From assembly GCA_051294375.1 (NCBI GenBank), contig CM119267.1, positions 13,091,081 through 13,155,080 of the forward strand: a DNA stretch of 64,000 nucleotides, read 5' to 3'. The notes beneath the pieces were generated by a model, which was given only the letters and a program-made list of their open reading frames with translations, did no database searches and was not told the origin of the DNA. Below, piece by piece: positions 12,401 through 27,000 of the stretch; position 1 is the first letter of the stretch; each line of letters starts with the position of its first letter. The stretch comes from Paraspadella gotoi. Taxonomy: Eukaryota > Animalia > Chaetognatha. Position numbers and translations under genes: made by a program.

Positions 12401-12941
12401 TTTAACCAAGTATACTTTTGAAACAACCGGTAAAAAAAAGACCGCTTCTGTAAAAAGTTTGGGAAAAAAATTCGTACATTCAAATTTTTGCGCCGAAATT
12501 TTTCTTTTGTGAAAACAGAAAAGAGAGGAAATCGGGGAACCACAACGAACGAGACCGCCTCACCCTTTTCACGGAAACCAGCATCACTGCGAGGCCCCAC
12601 ACCCCAACCCCCAACAACCGACTCCCTTATCCCCCACTTTCCCCGAACCGCCCGGGGGATATGATAGCACGAGCGATCGCGGTGAAAAGAGGCGGCGGGA
12701 ATTATTGAGAGTGAGGATCGAAATAATGGATTCTGAATTTGACGCCACGAACACAGCGAGGAGAGTAAGCGAGGGGGAGAGAGAGAGTGAGAGGGAGAGA
12801 GGGCTGAAGAGAGGGAAAACAAGACGAAATTCAAATTTTTAAGAGAGCGAGAGAGAGAAGTGGAAGACGGAAGTTGAGATAAGGGATAGACGAAATTTAA
12901 ATTCGAAGGGAGAGAGAGAGAGAGGATGAGGGGAGAGGAGA

Positions 12942-12983
<42 letters not shown>

Positions 12984-13662
12984 GATAAGGAGATTGAAGA
13001 GAGGAGAGATGAGATGAGATGTTAACTTTCTTCATATGGTGATAAGTGGGGGTAAATTTCCAAAAAAAAAACCGGAGAAGCAAGAAGCGCGCAATGCGAT
13101 TAATAAACGAGAGTAAAAAAATGAGGGAAACTCGCAGGAGCAAAAGGTAAGATAGAGAAAAAAAAGAAAGAAAGAAAGAGAGAGGAGAGAAGAGATGAGA
13201 GAAGTAAGAGATTAAGAAGAGGAAAAGAAGAGAGACAGAGAAGAGAAGAGAGAGAGAGAGAATAAGAAAATACCCCGTCCTAAAACTCTCCGCTGATATT
13301 ATTCTTTTTTCAGAACCTCCTCTTTTTTTTTTCTCTTTTTATTTTCTTCTTAATCTTTTTTATAAATATTTGGTGAGGCCAAAATTTTCTTTTTATATCA
13401 TCGACTCCGGATTTACTAGAAATGAATTTCCGCAGCGATGAGGGAAAAAAAGCATAAAAGGCGAACGGAGAGTGAATGAAAAAGAAAGAAAGATAGAGAG
13501 GATAGAGACGAGGGTATTGAAAAGTGAAAACGAGGGCTGACGATTAAAATATGAAAGTAATATAGCTCGACTAAAGAGCAGGGACGGAAAGAGCAGAAGA
13601 GAGAAATCTAAGCTCAGTCTCTGAGTGAGAAGAGCGAGAGAGGATGGAGAGGAGAGAGAGAA

Positions 13663-13740
<78 letters not shown>

Positions 13741-15791
13741 AGAGAGAAGATGAGAGAGAGAGAGAAAATGAGAGAATGAGGACACTCTGTTTTATAGGCT
13801 CTATTGGGGAAAAATATCCTGTCGAAGCAAAACGAAAAAGAGTAAATAAGGAAAAGGAGGGAAAGAGGATTGAACGAGCCAAAAATGTAGGAAAGATATT
13901 TTGTTCTCGGCAAAAAAAGAAAAGAGAGAAATCGAAGATGGAAGATCTCACTCTTTCTGGAAATGGATAATGAGTGTTCAAGGTTGAACCTTCGAATATC
14001 GCTGAAAAAGAAAGGAGGGTGAGGAAAAATAAGAAGTAAGGGTTTAAAGAAGAAAAACTAAAGAAAGAAATAAAGGAAAAAAGATAAAAGATAGATAGAA
14101 AATAGAACAAAGAAGAAAGAAGAAAAAAAGAAGGGAAAAGAAACAAATTAAAGAAACAAAGAAAGAACAAGAAAAGAAAAGAAAAAAAAGAAAAGAAATA
14201 AAGAAAAAAATTAAATAAAAAACAGGCTTAAAATTCGTAAAAATAATTTGAAATACATCAGTTATCATAAAATATTGTGGATAAGGCGCTAAGTGGGCTG
14301 AAGATTGATTATCCGTAAACTTCTATAACCCCCTTAAGTAGCCATGAACGGGTCCTGGGCTTGGAACCAGGCTTGAGAGGTTGCCGCGCCCAAGGGCTGC
14401 GCTTTACGGTCCGTCCTCACGCTTCCCGCAGGGTATGGTACGGGATGGGATTTGACCCGGGTACCTATGTGGTCATGAGCTGACGCGCTTTACTTCAATG
14501 TAGCCAACCGGGTTCAGGGACTGAAGGTGTCATGCTTTTATCAGGCGGGTGTGAAACCTAGGCAATGCCCGACTACAAATATAAACAAATCATCCCTTAT
14601 CAATTTCGATGTATCTTCTAAAAATTTTACTTTTACCCCAAATGGTCACCCCCGTCCAGCCCATTTCTTCCCCCCACCCCCCACCCCCAACTCACATCTC
14701 CTCCTCCCCCAAATTCGATGCCTGAATTTGATTGTAATCGAGGATCTTGAGCTCGTGAGCGAACATCGGCGCAGAGTTGGCCGCGCCACCGGTGACATTG
14801 GGCGGCGCTATGGAAGGAGGGGCCGGGATCCGGCCCTCGTAGACGAAGCGGTCGATGTCGGTGACCTGGAGGCCGTCGACGCCGCCACCGCCGCCGCCGA
14901 TGCCGCCGTCGCCGAGATAAGCGCAGTTTCCGTCCACGATCCCGACGCTTTGTGTGTCGGCGCGATAGATGTCGCGATCGATGGGAACTGTGGCCACGTA
15001 GCCAGAGTTGTGGCCTGGGGGGGGGGTGGAGAGGGGAAAATGTCAATGAACTTTTAAAGTGTGACCTTTAACCGATATTTCAAAATATAACAATTCTTTT
15101 TTAGAAAAAGTTGTTAAAAATCGGAGTATTTCTTAAACTCTAAAATAGTCACCGGCGAAAGTGTAAACTTGGGATTAAAACCAGCGCCGCAAGCTGCTGC
15201 GCCACATTTCTCGGAAATTCTCCCCCTCACGCTCCCAAACTCCCCCCTCCCTTCTCTATCCCCACTTGTTGATGTTTTCCGGGATTTTTTCTTCCATCTC
15301 TTCGCCTGTCCACCTGCCTGTCAATTCTCGTTTCGACCAAAGTTGAAAACCTATTTTTTCTCGCCCTTTCCTTTTCTTTTCATTCTCTCTTTTCATGTTG
15401 CTCGCTTTGTTTCTTTGTGTTTCCTTCCTTTCTTTCCTTTTTTCTTTCTTTCTTTCTTTNNNNNNNNNNNNNNNNNNNNNNNNNNNNNNNNNNNNNNNNN
15501 NNNNNNNNNNNNNNNNNNNNNNNNNNNNNNNNNNNNNNNNNNNNNNNNNNNNNNNNNNNNNNNNNNNNNNNNNNNNNNNNNNNNNNNNNNNNNNNNNNNN
15601 NNNNNNNNNNNNNNNNNNNNNNNNNNNNNNNNNNNNNNNNNNNNNNNNNNNNNNNNNNNNNNNNNNNNNNNNNNNNNNNNNNNNNNNNNNNNNNNNNNNN
15701 NNNNNNNNNNNNNNNNNNNNNNNNNNNNNNNNNNNNNNNNNNNNNNNNNNNNNNNNNNNNNNNNNNNNNNNNNNNNNNNNNNNNNNNNNNN

Positions 15792-15826
<35 letters not shown>

Positions 15827-16378
15827 TGATAGTTATTAATTGAGTTAATGAGCATCACAAATTCAGAAATACATCGTAACTCGGTGATATCTGAGCTCAT
15901 GAACTACTTTCACTGCATAATTCATGTATATCAATTATTAATTTGCTTACTCCCTCGGGCCCGTCATCATTAAAACGATTAGTTTTTAATATTANNNNNN
16001 NNNNTACTCAAAACGATTCCAGTATGATTTATGATTAACGATTTTGTTTTTCCTAACCTACCTTTTTCACCAAAGTTAACTCACCCTCGCTTTCGCTTCT
16101 AACACCCCACACCCCACTCGCCACTCCCCTCTGCTCTCAATCTCACTCCTGACGGGTGCGATGGAAAAATCTCAGTTTTATTAACTCTTCGGCTTTCATG
16201 GTCGACTTCCGTTTTATGCCGAGTCTCTGTTAAACACCTGCCTCTCGGGGANNNNNNNNNNNNNNNNNNNNNNNNNNNNNNNNNNNNNNNNNNNNNNNNN
16301 NNNNNNNNNNNNNNNNNNNNNNNNNNNNNNNNNNNNNNNNNNNNNNNNNNNNNNNNNNNNNNNNNNNNNNNNNNNNNN

Positions 16379-16418
<40 letters not shown>

Positions 16419-19400
16419 CGATAACGATTTGAATATTCATTCTCTAATCAATACCTCGGCATGAAATATCATATTGTGCGATTGATGGAATAAACAAGTT
16501 TGAGCAAACAATGTCGGATCTGCCTACGATAATTAAGCGGTAATAAGCTGATGATAAATCACGATAATTTTTTCTGACTTATAACACATCGTAACATAAC
16601 AAATCATAACAGACTTCTTAATAAATCTATGAAAAAATCTATAAATCATTACCAGTGGCCTCGCCAATACCAACTTGCATAATTTGATAATTTTTCATAA
16701 TTTGCTAATTTTGCATAATTGGGTCAACTTGCATAATTTGGTCAACTTGTATAATTTGATTAACTTGCATAATTTAATCAACTTGCATTATTTGGTCAAT
16801 TGGCATAATTTGGTCAACTGACATCATTTTTTCATCTGGCATAATTTTATCAACTTGCAAAATTTGATAGACTGAAATAATTTGGTCAATTGACGTAATT
16901 TGGTCAACTGGCATAATTTGATCAAATGGCATAATTTGGTCATCTGGCATAATTTTATCAACTAGCATAATTTGGTCAACTGGAATAATTTGGTCAACTG
17001 GTATAATTTGGTCAATTGATGTAATTTGGTCAATGGCATAATTTGGTCAAATGGCATAATTTATATACTTTTCTACCCACACACAAAATTTAAATTCAAT
17101 TTATCTATCCAATTTTTAATAAATATAATAATTATAAGTAAAAATACTTTAAGTAAATGTGACTTTTGTTTTTTCCATTTAAACTCATTTCCACTCGCAC
17201 GATTCCAACGAAACTTTATATCCAGCTTAATCACACACTTTCCTACCCACACACAATATTTCATTCCAATCCAACCATCCAATCACGAGTAATTAGATTT
17301 TTTGGGACGGACGGACAGACTGACTGATGGACATAATTTTTTTTGCCTTTAATTTATTATAATTCGATGTTCTGACTGACGGACCGACAAAGTGGATTAT
17401 AGAGTCGGGATCTGCTGATAAGCAGATCCGACTAAAACGATTTAATTACAGAGAATAAAATGAGAATCTTTAAAGATTTGTTCATTATAACGATGATATT
17501 CATTATCATCTTTTTATTATAAACGGTTTCCTTTGGGAGTCGGCGTCAAATAGTTTGTGATTTTGTGAACAATTTTTTTACAGAAGAAGGGGAGAGAAAG
17601 AAAGAGAGAGAGAGAAAGAGAGTAAGTGAGAGAGAGGGCAAAGATTCTAACACAGTTGAGAAAGGACAGTGGTCAATGGTGAGAATAGGCTTAGGGTAAG
17701 GACAGATATATTTTTAGTTTTTGAAAAGAAATGAAATAGTCAATTGGGGAGAGAGAGAGAGGGAAACAGGGAGAGAGAAAATAATAAATTTTTAATCTAC
17801 AACAGTTAAAAGATTTTTGTAAACTGAAATTAGATATTAACAATTAACTATTAATAAATAATTGAGTAAAGGAAATAAAAAAATTAGAAAAATGAAAAAG
17901 ATACATTTGGTCAGGGAAAGTTAAGTAATTAGTAAAGTAAAAGGTAAAGAACTAAGATAGAGCTCAAAATTTAGCTAGCCCCCCTTGGTTTTAGAAAATG
18001 AGAGGCTTGGTTGAGAGGACAGTTCGATTGAGCATGCTAATGCTGGATTAGGGATGCTTCCTTGAGGGAAAATTGCCTGCCCATTGCCTGCGCAAGGGTC
18101 TCCGGCTGTCTGTCCGCCTGTCTCGTTGAATGGAGACAGGGGAATCATTGTGGGGTCGTGGTGGCGGCGGGGCCTCTACCACGCTCTCAATAAGCGAATC
18201 ATAGCTTGGAGGGAGATCGAATCGTCTTCCATCACGGTTCAANNNNNNNNNNNNNNNNNNNNNNNNNAAGGAACTAGTGATGTTTTCGGTCTGGGGATTT
18301 TTGTTTTACAGTTCACCAATTGCTCACGCAGAAGAGCCGCGGTCGTCACTGAGGTGTGAGTCCCTGCTTTCCTAGCACCCACACCAATGACGCCAGTGAT
18401 CTCCTGGTGGTAGGGGAGGGAAAGGTGACCCATAGTTCTAAGGTCGCTTCTGCTTATCTTCCAGTTGCGCTGTGGTGGGCGCCGTTGGCTCTTCAGCAGT
18501 AAGTTCCCCTTTCTTCCTCCTGGGGGGTGGAGGTAGAGTCTGCATTAGTGGCTACTTGGGTAGCCCCCTGGGTGGCCACTGCCATCAACGGGCAAGCAGG
18601 CCGGTACCTGGCATTCTCGAAGGCCCAAGAATGGGTAACCATTGATGCAAAGGCTCTTTTGACGTGCTCAAGCTCGGCGGCCTAAGCTCGGGGTCGACAA
18701 AATCAGTGGCAGCGTCTCTCCTGGTAAGGGCTCTGACCGTGGCAAGCTTAGTGCGACAAGGGAGTCGAAAGGAAGTTGTATTGGTTTGTATGGGTCGGTT
18801 TGCGGTATCTGAAATTCCAACAAACCGCCCTCTTGCGCTTAATAAGCACACAAATCGAGCAACTTGGAATTGACCCCATTCTCCTCCTTCCTTGCCCTAA
18901 TTCTCACCATTGACCCACTGTCCCTTCTTGCAACTCTGTGTTGGGAAAACTTTGGCCCTTTCTCTCTCTCTACAAAACTGCGGGCAGTCAAAAAAAAGAA
19001 AGAAACTTCTTTCACGTTGTGTCACCGAAAAAACTATATTGGATGGATGAATTTAACACTGGGAGTATAGAGCATATAAACGCAAGCTTATGAAAGTAAA
19101 GCGATTGGTCCAGGTCCGCATTAAAATCGATCAAAGCGTCAGAAAATTTATAAGACGTCATTGTTAAAGAAAAATCGACGAGAATCAATTTTTTTAATCA
19201 AAAAGAGTCTCTGCACTTTCTTCTTATTATAATAGAGAGATGCGCATCTTTGAATCGAAGGCTCCGATCAAGTTTCCTTTATATTTCCACTTCTATTCAA
19301 AACTGCATAGTCAAGGCCAAAACATAATTATGTCAATATGGGCCATGCATTTCGAAAGCTTGGCGTCTTGGGAAGCCAATGGAGGTAGAGCGGCGATCAA

Positions 19401-22400
19401 AAATTCTCATTTTTATCATGCCACAAAATGGTATTTAAATGGATTGGTCCAGGCGCAGTCTTTTTCCTAGGTTCCAAAGAAAACTCGCTGGCTCATTGAG
19501 TAAAAAAACGACCAAATCATACATATCAGTACAGTTTCCGAAAGCGCTTAATTAGTTTTTCTCTACCATGATGAAAAAAAAGGAAAATTAAAAATTCTTG
19601 CAATCTTAATTGCTTGATAAAGCAATCAACAAATGAACTGGTTTTTATAGGTGAAAACTGCATAGTGCACAGCCTTCATTTTCATATTTTAACATTACTT
19701 TCAGACTTGAACACAATTGGACAGAAACTGTATTGATTTTACTATTCAAATCAAGGTAGAAGCGCGGACCATTAAATTCAAAAGCGTTTTCTCAATATAA
19801 TGCAAATTTTAAAAAGTCCAATAAAAAAACTTATTAAAAACAAAAATCGTCGCACAGTGTTGCTTGTGAGTCCCAAATGCTAGAAAAATAATTTTTTATT
19901 TTTTATATTATTATATAATATATAAAAAAATATATTATAATAATATATTATAGTATTGAAAATGAATTTTTTTTATTCAATTCGAGAAAGGTAGTACTAT
20001 ATATTAAAAAGTATATATGCTTAAAAAATTATATTTTACAATAAAAAATTAGTTAATTTTTCTAAACTCCGACAAGTAGGGAAACTATATAGAAAAACAA
20101 TCTTTTAAAAATAATAAAAAAGCAGTTGAGTGATAACTTACCCAATTTCAAAGCTTTTTCACATCAAAGTTTTTTTTATGACATCTCGTGTTAAAGCAGA
20201 CAGTTTATATAACTGTTACAATTATATTAAAATTATTTTTTCTATTTTTATCATAAAATTATATTTTGATTTTGAGATAATTTAAAAAAATTGATTATTT
20301 TCAATATTTATTATTAAAATGCCATATTTGGCAGCAATCAAAAAATATTTTTAAAAAAACGTAATACAAACTTATTGCCAAGCCTTTTATATGTTTAATT
20401 CCATTATGATTTTGTGAATTCTATACTGTAAACATCAGTCAGAAAAAAAGTCTCAGCAATACTAACCTTTGAAAATTATTTTTTCCCAATTCTATTTTGA
20501 GACTCTGACTTTAAAGTCTTGCTATATTCTACTTCCTGAACCAATTCAAATTTTTTTTGCACCAATCGATAGCTCTTTAAAAAAGCTTTACCTTTCATAT
20601 ATATTTTCTCAAAATTAAAAAAGAAATAGTGGTGTATTTAAAGCTACCTAGTGTCTTATTTTTTTTTCGACGCAGTGTACTCTCGCTCTCTCTCTCCCCT
20701 TCTCTGTAAAAAATTGTTCACAAATCACAAACTGTTTGACGCTGATGAAGCCTCGAATATAGAGCCGAAACAATTCGACTCTATTTAAATAAATTGTTGT
20801 TGCCATCCTTAAACCGTCTCAAAAATCTATAACACAACAAAAAAGTAAGGATTTTCATACAAAATTGTTTCCTAAAGCTTTGGTTTTAATTTTGCCGCTG
20901 ACCGAACTGAGTCGAACTGACCCTCGACATAACAAGGAATATCGTAAATTATGACATCAAAAAGAGACGTAAATAGTCGCTACCAAAGTCCGGAACATGA
21001 CGTCAGCAGAAAATCGGATGAAGTGACGGTTGAGGGAAAATCCTTTAAATTGTACGTATATCTCGTTTGGATTGAACGCATTTTTTCACTTCTAATTTCG
21101 TCGAATACTTCCCCCATCTCTTTTTTCCTTGCCGCGCCCCCAAGCCGATCGACGGGTCGAATACTTTTATTTACCTGGTAAATTTTCCGAGATATTTTTT
21201 TTGGACGCTAGTCGGGACTGTACCATGAGGCGGACCCCGCGGCAGCTTCCAACGTCTGCTATTGCCCCCACACCCCTCTTAACTTAACCGGACGGCGCAG
21301 ATTATATGGCTACGATCTCATGGCCTTCTTCAAACATGGCCTCCGAAAAAAATATCGGTTTATTCATCCCACAAACTTTCCAGACATACCCTAATCTTAA
21401 AGTGATCTACTGAATAGGGTCAGGCGTCTCAATTTCGACCAAATCCATTTTCTTTTTCCTTAACTTACCCCCCGAGGCCCCCATGGCGCCCGGCGAGGGC
21501 GAGTGACCGATCATGGAGGTCTCCGTGGTGGCGCTGCCGTCGCCAGGCGAGCCGCTCTCTCGCCCGCGGCCCAGTTCCTCTCTAGGCATCCCATACACGA
21601 AGCCGTAGGGATTGTCCACGCCAAGTGGGGAGTTGTCGTCCGAACCTTGGATCAAAAGAGGATATTAGGCGAAGATTAGCGTGAGACATAGGAGCGAACT
21701 GGATTTGGTACTGTGGTTTTAAATTTAAGTTCTAATCCAAGAGATGTTGAAGAGTCATCTCGCCTTCGATCATTGAGAAAAACTGACAATTGGACTGTTC
21801 AATTGTTTTCTTATGCTACTTAAAACCTCATTTTTTATTTAAAAAACTACAAAAGTCTAGTTTGAAAATAATAATAATAAAGAAAAAAATATTTTTATTC
21901 GTCCGCATCTTGGAGAACTCAGCATGTCATAGTGAACTCTCATCATAGTTTATGGTGTGATTCAGGTGGAAATTCGGAAAAAAGGAAAGTAAAAACCGCG
22001 GAAGAATCTGAGTAAGTCTGGGGAAAAGAGATTAAAAGGGAGGTAAGTTGAAACGAATGGGTCGACGATTGGTAAGGAAGACTGGGTATACGAAGAAGAC
22101 GATAAGGAAAAGCAGCGGGAGATCCGAAAAGGAACGGTTGAAAGATTTAGATCCGGGATTTCGGGTCCGCGAGTAGATTTATGCGAAACCTACGTTGGTA
22201 CGTATCGCAAGTACGGATTCGGGGGGATTCATTGAAGTTTAGGGTTGAGGGGCTAAGGAAACTGGAGAATTGAGAAGGGAGATCAGGGAAATTGGTGTTA
22301 TGGGGGGAAGGTGGGGGTCTTTCTTGAGAAGGGGGTTATGGTGGGAAGGATGGCAAAGATGTATTTATGTTTATTTCCGGTTTCGTCCTCGGGCGCCACT

Positions 22401-23782
22401 CGCGAGAAACGTTGTCGGCGTCGGAGCGTTCTCTGGCGGTCGAGAAGAGAGACTCTCTCTCTCCAGGGTGAGCCGTTAGACGTGAGTCGAATCTCGAATC
22501 ACGAGTGAAATCAAAGGCCGAGGAAGGAAATTAGAGAAGAATAGTTAAAATAAACTTTAACAAAGGAATTACGATTGATTCTATTAAAAGTGTGATATAA
22601 TAGGGAGTTGAAAATTTAGATATGTCCTCTCATCAACAAGATCTTTGAAATTGTCATGTTTTATATCAATATTCAGATTTGTTTATGTTTTATTTACAAA
22701 ACAAAAACTTTTTAATTATATGTCGCTCTCTCTCTTTCTCTCTTTTAATTATATGTCGCCTCTCTTCTCTCTCTCTCTTTTTTTCTCCGTCACTGCTTCT
22801 TCTGATTTGTCTAAAAACGAGTTCAGGCTCTCTCTCTCTCTCTCTCTCCTCCTCTCTCTCTCTCTCTCTCTCTCTTTCTCACTCATACACGCATTTGTTT
22901 ATGTTTTATTTACCAAAAAAATTTTATATTTATTGTGTAGAAGACGCCCTGCTGACTCTTTGACGAGTAACGGGCTTCTCTTTCTTTTAATTATGTCGCT
23001 CTCTCTCTCTCTTTTTTCTGAATAGGGTTAGCCCCACTCAATGGGGTGAGTCAAATGAGTACATGCTCAAACGATAATTTATACATTTTTAAATATACTT
23101 TCAATATACAAAAAAATTCTTATATGGCTTTATAGCCAAATATTTATTTTTTAGTATTTATTTATAGATAAGAAAAGAGTTGAACCCTATTCAGATTCGT
23201 CTAAAAACGAGTTCAGCTCTGCAGCGGCTGTTCAACGGTTGTCCAGCTTTTTCTTCTATCATCGCGTCAATGAATGACTATCATCGGATCAATGAATGAT
23301 TATTATCGGATCAATGGATGACTATTATTGCATTAATGAATGACTATCATCGCATCCATCATTTGGTTATCATCGCAAAAATATTTGGTTATCACCGCAT
23401 CAATCATTTGGTTATCATCGCATCAATCCTTTGGTTATCATCGCATCAATCCTTTGGTTATCATCGCATCAATATTTGGTTATCATCGCATCAATATTTG
23501 CTTATCATCGCATCAATAATTTGTTATCATTGCATCAATAAAGAATTTCTATTACATCAATAAATTACTACTACTTCAATCAATTACTATTACATTAATC
23601 AATTACTATTACATCAATAATTCGTTATCGCATCAATCATTCTTTTTTTTCTGGATTTTTTCATTAATTTTCTTTGATAGTGCCGTCTGGCGAGATCACT
23701 ACTCTTTTAAGATTTTTTTCTCTTTTCAGAGAAAAACAGAAAATTAATTTCCGATAGACGACGTTTCTCAGCGACATAACAC

Positions 23783-23816
<34 letters not shown>

Positions 23817-24028
23817 TGAGCATGACGACTTTGACGACGACGAAAATAATGGCTGTCAATGAGGCTACGAAAAAATAAGGAAAATGACAAACTTTGAACG
23901 ACAACAACAATCAGAGAAACGGCTCTGCCTCCTTTGGCAAAAAAAATAATTAAAAAAATAGGAATTCCATTTTCTTTAGTTTTACCGCTAATTATAAATC
24001 GATTTAGGACTAAAGCTCAAAAGGAAAG

Positions 24029-24077
<49 letters not shown>

Positions 24078-27000
24078 TGAGTGTGAGAGAGGGGGGGTTA
24101 TATGCCTAATTGTAGTTAATAGTAATTAGGGTGATTGAATTGAATTGATTTAAAATATTTTATTGCTCTTTAGTTTAAACAAGTAGTGACTTAAAAAAAG
24201 ATAGGTGGTTTTTAAATGCATTTTCCATCAAAGCATGAACCGCCAGAGGGAGTTGTCATGTATGGGAAAGTCACTGGTAATTTTTCCCCCTCCCGAGCGG
24301 TTATCGCTATCATTTTTATAATTACCGTTGATATGATAACAGAGAGGAAACGAAAAAAATTCGCTGTCATAAGCTCCCGGCCCACTTTTCTATAAAAATC
24401 TAAATTTTTTAGTTTTAAAAGATGATGCTTGTAATCTATATTAATATCTATATTCATCACTAACGTAACAGGAATGAAGGACTCCTGAGTCTTTGTAGCA
24501 GCTAGCGTCTCAAATAAATGAAACAAAATGAAACAAAATGAAATAAAATGAAATAAAATGAAATAAAAAACGCTCAATCGCTCATAGTTCAACGCGGGTG
24601 AGAAATTTATGATTTTGCGTCTTCGATTCGCTTTAAAAAAAGACACAAACATTTTCTCTTTTCGATCATTTAGAAGGCAAGACAGATGAATAAATAAAAA
24701 TATATATATAAGACATCTAAATTTCATAAATCCGGATTTTTTATGCAAAAAAACCGTTAAGGATTTAAAATATTCCGTTTCTCACCTGATGCGATCAAAG
24801 ATCCCATCTGCAGGTTATAATTTTGACTCTCGACGGCGGCGAAGTTGGCGGCGGCGGTGGAGGTGACCGCTCCAGACCCAGCGACTCCGTAGCTGACGTC
24901 TTGGTGAGTGGCGCTGCCGTAGAGAAGACGCCCGCCGCTCGGCGCCCTTCGACGCCGCGGCGCCGAGCTGCTTTTCTTCTCGTTGCAGATGTAAATTTTT
25001 TTGTGCTTGCAAATGTAGAGGATAAGGGCCAAGCAGATGAGGAGGAGAAAGCCGGTGATGCCGCCGAGAAGACTGTCGGGAGGAGGACACAACTTTATAG
25101 AAGTCGAATAAAAATATATTTGAACAATTAATATTTGAACAATATTTGATCAATGAAAAATGGTGGCGAATATATGATTGAACTCTCTTCAATTCCCTCG
25201 ATCACGCCTCATCGTTTCAGGTTGATTGCTTTATTAATTCATTCAATTCATTTGTTGACTAGTTAAGTAGTTATGTATAAAAACAATGCATATTGTCTTT
25301 AATTTAGTTTTCGATGTACGCACCGTCACGGTTGTCATCATCACTGTCACCAACTTCATCACAATCATTTATCAGTGATCTCCGTCATATTTTCGAAGAA
25401 AAAAATATTTTTCCTGTCGCCGTCAAAGTTGTCGTCTTCGTCCCTTTTCGTCGTCGTCGTCGTTGTCGTCGTCATCGTCGTCGTCCCTCTCGTTGTCGCC
25501 AACGACGTCGCCAATGGAAGTCTTCAAAACGTCATCAGGCCGCTAATCTTCATCAGCGACGTCGTCGTCGTCGTCGTCGTCAAAACGATCTTCACGTCGT
25601 CGTTCGTGTCCTTCAAAAAACTGAGCCATCGTCGTCGTTGTCGTCGTCGTCTTCATCCTCATCTTCTTCATCGTCTTCTTCATCCGATTCTCGAGTCGTC
25701 CTTCTCTCAATCTCTCCGAATCTCGAGGTTCACACAAAATCCGTGAGATCATAATCGCTTCGCAGTGAGTCGTGACTGTCCTTGCGAGTTGTCATCAGGG
25801 TCCTTTTTGCGTCTCGAAAAAGGAAAGCTGATGGTGGTGGCTTATTTAATCGAAATTCGTCGGAATTATAATCGCTAATTGTTAATAGATTCATTAGTAA
25901 TGTCTTTTTTTATTACTTGACATATCCTTATCATCCTTATCTCATTCGTCGATGAGTGAAGGAAATTTAAACAAATCACGAATGTTACGTTAGACGACGA
26001 CGCTTTCGTCGTCGTCGTCGTCGTCGTCGTCGTCTAGGATGACTCCTCGAGCTTCCTCCAGCTACGGTTTCCATGGAGATTCTCCAAAACAGTTTCAATT
26101 TGTAATTTGAGGGAATCAAGAGAGGAGAAAAGCTTTTAAAACCAAAAAGGAAAAGATATTCCACAAAAGAATTAAAAAAGGAAAAAAAAAAAGAGAAAAA
26201 CTTAAAAACTCAAAATGTCGCCGAAGCGAGGAGGGGAAACTGGGTCATAAAAGAAGCAGGCAGTATAGTAATTGTGCCTCTTTCTTTCTTTTTTTCTCTC
26301 TCTCTCTCTCTNNNNNNNNNNNNNNNNNNNNNNNNNCTCTTATCTCTCTCTCTTTCCTATCTCTCTCTCTCTCTCTCTCTCTCTCTTCTTCCCTCTCTCT
26401 CTCTCATCTTCTCTCCTCTCTCTTGTATCTCTCTCTCTTTCTATCTCTCTCTCTCCTCCTCTCTCTCTCTCCTTCTCTCTCTCCTCTCTCTCTCTTCCTC
26501 TCTCTCTCTCTCTCTCTCTCCTCTCCTCTCTCTTGCTTCAAACTCTCTCCAGATGCCCATTTTCAGAATATCGGTGACGGGACGTGAACTACCTCTCCAA
26601 GCTGCCCGTCCGAGTCATTGCAGGATGAACGACTAACAATCCATTTTCGATCAAACGCTACGAGTTCTCTTTGCGACTTGCTCCAAATTAGGTAACATAT
26701 TCGTGATTGATTGAAGGATTGATGCATGGATGATTGATGATTATCGATGATTGATGTCATATAATAGGAAAAAATATCGCATATCAGTTACTTAATAAAA
26801 TATTACCTACAAATATATAATTCCTTTCTTCCTCCCCATCGCTCTCCCCAAATCAAACGCCCCCTCAATCCAGTTCTCCTGCGGCCGCCTGACGCAAAAT
26901 GATCGTGAACTTCGACGAAGCTAAAGTCGTTCTATCGGCCTTACTCGACGGTCCGCTGGACGCCGAGCGGCGCTTTCCTCCATCAAACTCAGCCTCAACT

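Noticed and set aside
11712-14268. Long LSLSLS / RERERE / Phe-rich ORFs (also at 42617-43211, 51626-52537, 55937-56513, 59192-59931)
   Set aside because: Products of (GA)n/(CT)n, (GAAA)n and (GAC)n microsatellites.
15169-16440. ORFs spanning X runs (also 34350-37188)
   Set aside because: They are open only because they cross assembly N gaps.
19057-19859. Possible nested CACTG...CAGTG element, and a TACCATGATGAAAAAAAA match to the Tc1 TIR at ~19564
   Set aside because: Only ~5-bp terminal match, no TSD; the TIR-like match has no partner.
21600-21616. NPxY endocytosis motif in the cadherin tail (DNPYGF)
   Set aside because: The sequence is NPYG, which does not fit NPxY.
25314-25754. Overlapping ORFs in a (GTC)n-rich island upstream of the TM exon
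   Set aside because: Driven by trinucleotide repeats; not needed for frame continuity; no domain.
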